From positions 1,230,001-1,262,000 of the forward strand of contig NC_018655.1 in the NCBI RefSeq assembly GCF_000299365.1: a stretch of DNA of 32,000 nucleotides, given 5' to 3'. Shown one piece after another: positions 28,249-32,000 of this stretch (position 1 is the stretch's first letter; every line of letters starts with the position of its first letter). The DNA comes from Candidatus Nitrosopumilus koreensis AR1. GTDB lineage: Archaea; Thermoproteota; Nitrososphaeria; Nitrososphaerales; Nitrosopumilaceae. Below the pieces are notes generated by a model. That model made no database searches. It was given only the letters and a program-made list of their open reading frames with translations, and was not told where the DNA came from. The translations under genes were made by a program, and so were the position numbers.

Positions 28249-28761
28249 ATGGCAACAAAAAATAATCCAGGACAAAAAATTTTATGTTTTTCGATATTAT
28301 TTATTGCCGTATTTGCTGTTACAAATTTTCACACATTTGCATTTGCAGAAATCTCGCTTTCATCTTATGATTCTATAATTGGTCCAACAGATAGACTGCT
28401 CATAATGGGAACCATAGAGGGAGATATTCAATCATTTAATCCAATCAAACTTGTAGTTTATGATCCATCAGGAAATATTGTTTATCAACCAAACGTGGCA
28501 ATTGATGGGGATGGCAAATTCAAATATCTGATAACACCAACTCTTCCTAGCTTTGATGATGGACAATATGTTGTAGAAGCAAGTCAAGAAGATTTAAAAG
28601 AAAAAACACAGATGTATTTCACAGTTTCAAGTGATATCTCTGATGGTTTATTTGATGAGGACATGGAAACTGAAATTATACCTGAATTTGGAACAATTAC
28701 AATGATGATTCTTGTTGTTTCAATTATTAGCATATTGGCAATTACAACCAAAACAAAATGA
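28249..28761 (+). CDS. secreted/surface protein with PEFG-CTERM sorting signal
   Basis: N-terminal signal peptide (ILCFSILFIAVFAVTNFHTFAFA) and C-terminal IIPEFGTITMMILVVSIISILAITTKTK. Confidence 0.85.
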   Translation: MATKNNPGQKILCFSILFIAVFAVTNFHTFAFAEISLSSYDSIIGPTDRLLIMGTIEGDIQSFNPIKLVVYDPSGNIVYQPNVAIDGDGKFKYLITPTLPSFDDGQYVVEASQEDLKEKTQMYFTVSSDISDGLFDEDMETEIIPEFGTITMMILVVSIISILAITTKTK

Positions 28762-29138
28762 TGTTCAAATCATCTTCCATTTAATAAAATAAAAAAAATA
28801 GTCTAAACTAAAAACAACTCTAGTTTTGATTTCTGTGGTATTGTTAATAGAAAATTTTAGATGATACTCAATATACAGAATTAGTTCCACCATAGATAAA
28901 AAATACCGCCATGTGGTTTGGCGAAGATATGAGACACATCTATTCAACTCACTTAGGGCATATAGAAATTGAAATAATTGAGTCTTGACAACTACAAAGT
29001 ATATCTCTGAACATCATACTGCAAGTCCAAAGAGAATATGGTCATGGCTGCAATATGGCAATTATCACCCAATTTTACTATGTTTTATCAAAGATAACAC
29101 AATGTAAAAAGAAAGAATGGGATTAACCCAAAAATTGA

Positions 29139-29414
29139 TTAACGTTTAGATTTTTTGGCCTTACGTTTAGTAGTCTTTGCTGCTTTCTTAGTAGTTCGTT
29201 TTGCTTTAGTAGCTGCTTTCTTTGCTGTACGTTTAGTAGTTCGTTTTGCTTTAGTAGCTGCTTTCTTTGCTGTACGTTTAGTAGTTCGTTTTGCTTTAGT
29301 AGCTGCTTTCTTTGCTGTACGTTTAGTAGTTCGTTTTGCTTTAGTAGCTGCTTTCTTTGCTGTACGTTTTACTTTTTTTGCAGTTTTTTTGATAGCTTTT
29401 TTGGCTGTTGCCAT
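29139..29414 (-). CDS. histone H1-like Lys/Ala-rich repeat protein
   Basis: MATAKKAIKKTAKKVKRTAKKAATKAKRTTKRTAKKAATKAKRTT... with 15-aa periodicity. Confidence 0.85.
   Translation of the reverse strand: MATAKKAIKKTAKKVKRTAKKAATKAKRTTKRTAKKAATKAKRTTKRTAKKAATKAKRTTKRTAKKAATKAKRTTKKAAKTTKRKAKKSKR
29197..29376. repeat. four nearly identical 45-bp tandem repeats inside the H1-like gene
   Basis: CGTTTTGCTTTAGTAGCTGCTTTCTTTGCTGTACGTTTAGTAGTT starts at 29197, 29242, 29287, 29332. Confidence 0.9.
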
Positions 29415-29742
29415 AACTAAAAGAAAACTCTTTGTTCTTTAAGTACAAAACAAATGGACAAACTGAGCTTTAGTTAATTTTTTTTATGTTAAATTCAAAA
29501 GTTATTTTTCATTCTTTATTCTTAACATTGATCTAATTCTATATCATTTTGAAGACAAAGAGGTATACAAAGAATTTTGTAGTGATCTTGTTGTTTTTTT
29601 AGCTTTTTCAGTAATTTGCCACAAATAATTTGAATCTTAATTTTTATAAAAATTAAAAAAAGATAAAAATTGATTTTCTTTATAAGCAAAATAGTACGGC
29701 ATCAAACTAAACAGAACTCTCTACCTGCACACACAAATTAAT

Positions 29743-30663
29743 TTAAGATTCTAACTTGAAATTTGGCTGTTTTTTTAATCCTTTGTACCTATTTCTTATG
29801 GTCACTTCTGTTACTCCTGCCGCCTCGGCAAGATCCCGTTGAGTAATAGAGCCACCATGTTTCAAACAAGCAATGTATAATGCAGTTGCAGCAAGCCCCA
29901 TAGGGTCTTTTCCAGCAGATTCTTTGTTATTCTGAGCTTCTTGAAGTACTTTGATTGCATGTCGTTTGATTTTTTCAGATAGTTCCAATTTGCTTGAGAT
30001 TCTCGATATGCATTGAATTGAATTTACAACAGGCATCTTGAGTTCCAATTCATGATGCAATAATCTGTAACATCGAGCAATATCTTTACGTTTAACATTT
30101 GCAGCATCTGCAACATCTTTTAGAGTTCTAGGAGTTTCAGTATCTCTGCATGCTGCATATATTGATGCAGCAATCATTGCAGAAATAGATCTTCCACGAA
30201 CTAGTTTTTTCTCTAATGCTTTTCTATACAAATATGCAGCTTTTTCAAGAACATTTGTAGAAAGTGCAATCTTGTCTTTTATTCTAGTTAATTCACCGAG
30301 TGCTTGTCTGAGATTTCTATCTTGAGGTTCATGAGCTTGGCTTCTGCTATCCCAAGTCCGTAATCGTTCAATGGTGCTTTTCATAGATGTTGATAGTGGC
30401 TTGCCAGTAGCATCCTTGTTTATTGGATTAATTACAGTAGATAGCCCCATATCATGTATCAAAAGTGATGAGGGTGCTCCAGTTCTTGCGGGATTTGCCC
30501 CACTATCTGTCTGAAATGCCCTCCATTCTGGACCTGACTCATTTGATTTTTCAGAAACAACATATCCACATTTACCACAAAACTGTTCTCCAGTAACATT
30601 ATCAGTCTGCATGGAATTTTTTCCACAGCGTAGACAGTTAGAATCTGTAATTGAGACCACCAT
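29743..30663 (-). CDS. tfb: transcription initiation factor IIB (TFB), copy 3
   Basis: CLRCGKNSMQTDNVTGEQFCGKCGYVVSE; two cyclin folds; very similar to TFB1. Confidence 0.95.
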   Translation of the reverse strand: MVVSITDSNCLRCGKNSMQTDNVTGEQFCGKCGYVVSEKSNESGPEWRAFQTDSGANPARTGAPSSLLIHDMGLSTVINPINKDATGKPLSTSMKSTIERLRTWDSRSQAHEPQDRNLRQALGELTRIKDKIALSTNVLEKAAYLYRKALEKKLVRGRSISAMIAASIYAACRDTETPRTLKDVADAANVKRKDIARCYRLLHHELELKMPVVNSIQCISRISSKLELSEKIKRHAIKVLQEAQNNKESAGKDPMGLAATALYIACLKHGGSITQRDLAEAAGVTEVTIRNRYKGLKKQPNFKLES

Positions 30664-30673
30664 GAAAGGTGCT

Positions 30674-30928
30674 TTATGCTGCCACCTTTTTTATTGGGAT
30701 TTTAAGTGATGAAACATTTCTAATTTTTTCATCTTGTGATTCTAATTTTGAGTCAGATTGTGTATTGTCAATATCTGCATTCTCAAAGATTATATTTTCA
30801 TTCGTTAATGCCGCACGAAATTTTTGAGACATTGTTTCATCCATTCGGGTTTTAAAAAACAAGAATTCTAATTCTAATCTTTTCAGCCTATTCATTTCAG
30901 ATAATTCTTCTTCAATTCTTTTTGTCAT
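30674..30928 (-). CDS. small helical protein with Alba-like C-terminal tail, upstream of TFB3
   Basis: Paralog of 26830..27012 plus C-terminal SDSKLESQDEKIRNVSSLKIPIKKV resembling the adjacent Alba C-terminus. Confidence 0.75.
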   Translation of the reverse strand: MTKRIEEELSEMNRLKRLELEFLFFKTRMDETMSQKFRAALTNENIIFENADIDNTQSDSKLESQDEKIRNVSSLKIPIKKVAA

Positions 30929-31011
30929 GATCTATGTTCCATTCATCACACTTAAAGATGATTGTATTTGGAACGGATTTGCATTTTGTGAAGAAAAAAA
31001 TGAGCGGAAAA

Positions 31012-31107
31012 TCATTTTTTTAAACAATCACACCCACAAGAAAACATTCCAGCTTTTTCCATGCATTGATCATGATGCCCATTATAGCATTTGTTACAAA
31101 TCACCAT
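31012..31107 (-). CDS. 31-aa Cys-rich microprotein
   Basis: MVICNKCYNGHHDQCMEKAGMFSCGCDCLKK*; paralog of 18688..18783. Confidence 0.65.
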   Translation of the reverse strand: MVICNKCYNGHHDQCMEKAGMFSCGCDCLKK

Positions 31108-31210
31108 TAGAACTCACTTTTTTATGGGTTTTTTCGTGTTCCAACACTTTGGAAAATGTATCAGAAAATCCATCCCATTGGAATTTACATTTTTGACAAT
31201 TGTATTTCAT
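31094..31210 (-). CDS. 38-aa C2H2-type zinc-finger microprotein (HEKTH family)
   Basis: MKYNCQKCKFQWDGFSDTFSKVLEHEKTHKKVSSNGDL*; 14-nt overlap with the next ORF. Confidence 0.65.
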   Translation of the reverse strand: MKYNCQKCKFQWDGFSDTFSKVLEHEKTHKKVSSNGDL

Positions 31211-31492
31211 CTATTTTACCTTCTTAGAAATTGGAATTTCTATGGTGGAGACATCTCTTTTTCGCCCATCTTGAGATTCTAGTGATTCAGAATTGATTTT
31301 GACACATCCTACTTCAAATGCGTCTGTTTTTTTTAAGAGGACCTGAGTGACATCTACTGCAAGTCCAATACTCATACCTCTGGCCTTAATGACTATGGAA
31401 TCTAATGAAGATAGTTGGATTATTGCAGAGGTGACATATGACATTAACGGTTTTTTTCCGATAAAAATTGTATCATGTGGTTTATCTAACAT
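31211..31492 (-). CDS. albA: Alba family DNA/RNA-binding protein
   Basis: IFIGKKPLMSYVTSAIIQLSSLDSIVIKARGMSIGLAVDVTQVLLKK...LESQDG..RDVSTIEIPISKK. Confidence 0.93.
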   Translation of the reverse strand: MLDKPHDTIFIGKKPLMSYVTSAIIQLSSLDSIVIKARGMSIGLAVDVTQVLLKKTDAFEVGCVKINSESLESQDGRKRDVSTIEIPISKKVK

Positions 31493-31599
31493 ACAAAATT
31501 AGATGTAATGCCTCATTTAAAGTGGGTGTGTGAATCTAGTCACAAATATCATAAAAATGAAAAGAGAACATCATCTTTTCTTGTTATTGTTATTCAATA

Positions 31600-31986
31600 C
31601 TAATTTTGATGCAAATCAATTATGTCAAATAGATCTTCAGCTCGTTTGATTATTTTTGAAGAACTGGTGTCTTTGTCAGCACTAATCAATACTAGATGAT
31701 TGGTAGTGGGAACACTTATGATCATGACATTTTTCCTTCGTGATGTAATATAGTCAATTGGGCCAAGAATTTCATCTAGTTCTTGTCTCATTCGTAAATC
31801 AAGCATCATTTGCATATAGACCATCTTGATTTTTTCATCATCTAACAATCTTGGAATTCCTGATTTGAATTTGCTTGCTACTGGTCGTCCTAATTTGTTA
31901 ATTACTGCAACATGCCTAATTTCATCCATTTGAACCAGTTTAGCACATGCATTGTCTAATGAACTAATTTTTTCAACTGAATTCAT
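31600..31986 (-). CDS. archaeal protein of unknown function (same overall pattern as 12706..13066)
   Basis: 128 aa: VAVINKLGRPVASKFKSGIPRLLDDEKIKMVYMQMMLDLRMRQELDEILGPIDYITSRRKNVMIISVPTTNHLVLISAD. Confidence 0.75.
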   Translation of the reverse strand: MNSVEKISSLDNACAKLVQMDEIRHVAVINKLGRPVASKFKSGIPRLLDDEKIKMVYMQMMLDLRMRQELDEILGPIDYITSRRKNVMIISVPTTNHLVLISADKDTSSSKIIKRAEDLFDIIDLHQN

Positions 31987-32000
31987 TTTGAATTCATAGT

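Noticed and set aside
27932-28378. 148-aa ORF upstream of the PEFG protein
   Set aside because: Phe/Leu-rich low-complexity translation overlapping the start of a well-supported secreted protein in another frame; cannot support it as coding.
29197-29376. Tandem repeats considered as CRISPR or satellite
   Set aside because: 45-bp units are contiguous with no spacers and lie in a coding frame.
29155-29442. Plus-strand 95-aa repetitive ORF (MALRLVVFAAFLVVRFALVAAFF...)
   Set aside because: Mirror frame of the 45-bp repeats in the H1-like gene; the minus-strand Lys/Ala product is a recognised protein type.
30927-31196. Plus-strand 89-aa ORF (and 31091..31282)
   Set aside because: Shadow ORFs antisense to the 31-aa Cys protein, HEKTH finger and Alba C-terminus.

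Overview
Gene-dense, AT-rich (~35% GC by eye) chromosomal window from a marine ammonia-oxidising archaeon (Nitrosopumilus-like Nitrososphaeria). Lineage evidence: eukaryote-type topoisomerase IB, several TFBs plus TBP, Alba, a PEFG-CTERM surface protein, and a Met tRNA interrupted at a non-canonical site. The left half (0-18.3 kb) holds: a UbiE-like methyltransferase and MFS operon; a divergent P-II protein; TatA; an orphan beta-class DNA methyltransferase; a DEAD/DEAH-DUF1998 (MrfA/Hrq1-like) helicase split by a homopolymer frameshift; an SDR; a matrixin-like protease; an amide/urea-binding-protein-like sensor with histidine kinase and stand-alone REC; topoisomerase IB; a triplicated secreted protein; a tRNA; an amidohydrolase and a GNAT. 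The right half (18.3-32 kb) is an information-processing island with three TFBs, TBP, Alba, an H1-like 45-bp-repeat protein and eIF1A. Within it are at least a dozen very small, mostly Cys-rich ORFs, below the 60-aa cut-off of the ORF track, that I translated by hand. Some form back-to-back or overlapping strings (five ORFs at 19007->18406 minus, four at 22250->22666 plus) and belong to paralogous families repeated next to TFB/Alba genes. The strongest candidate for something new is this paralogous microprotein / TFB / Alba system. No CRISPR array or clear transposon was seen. Coordinates of hand-translated ORFs and homopolymer counts should be verified computationally.
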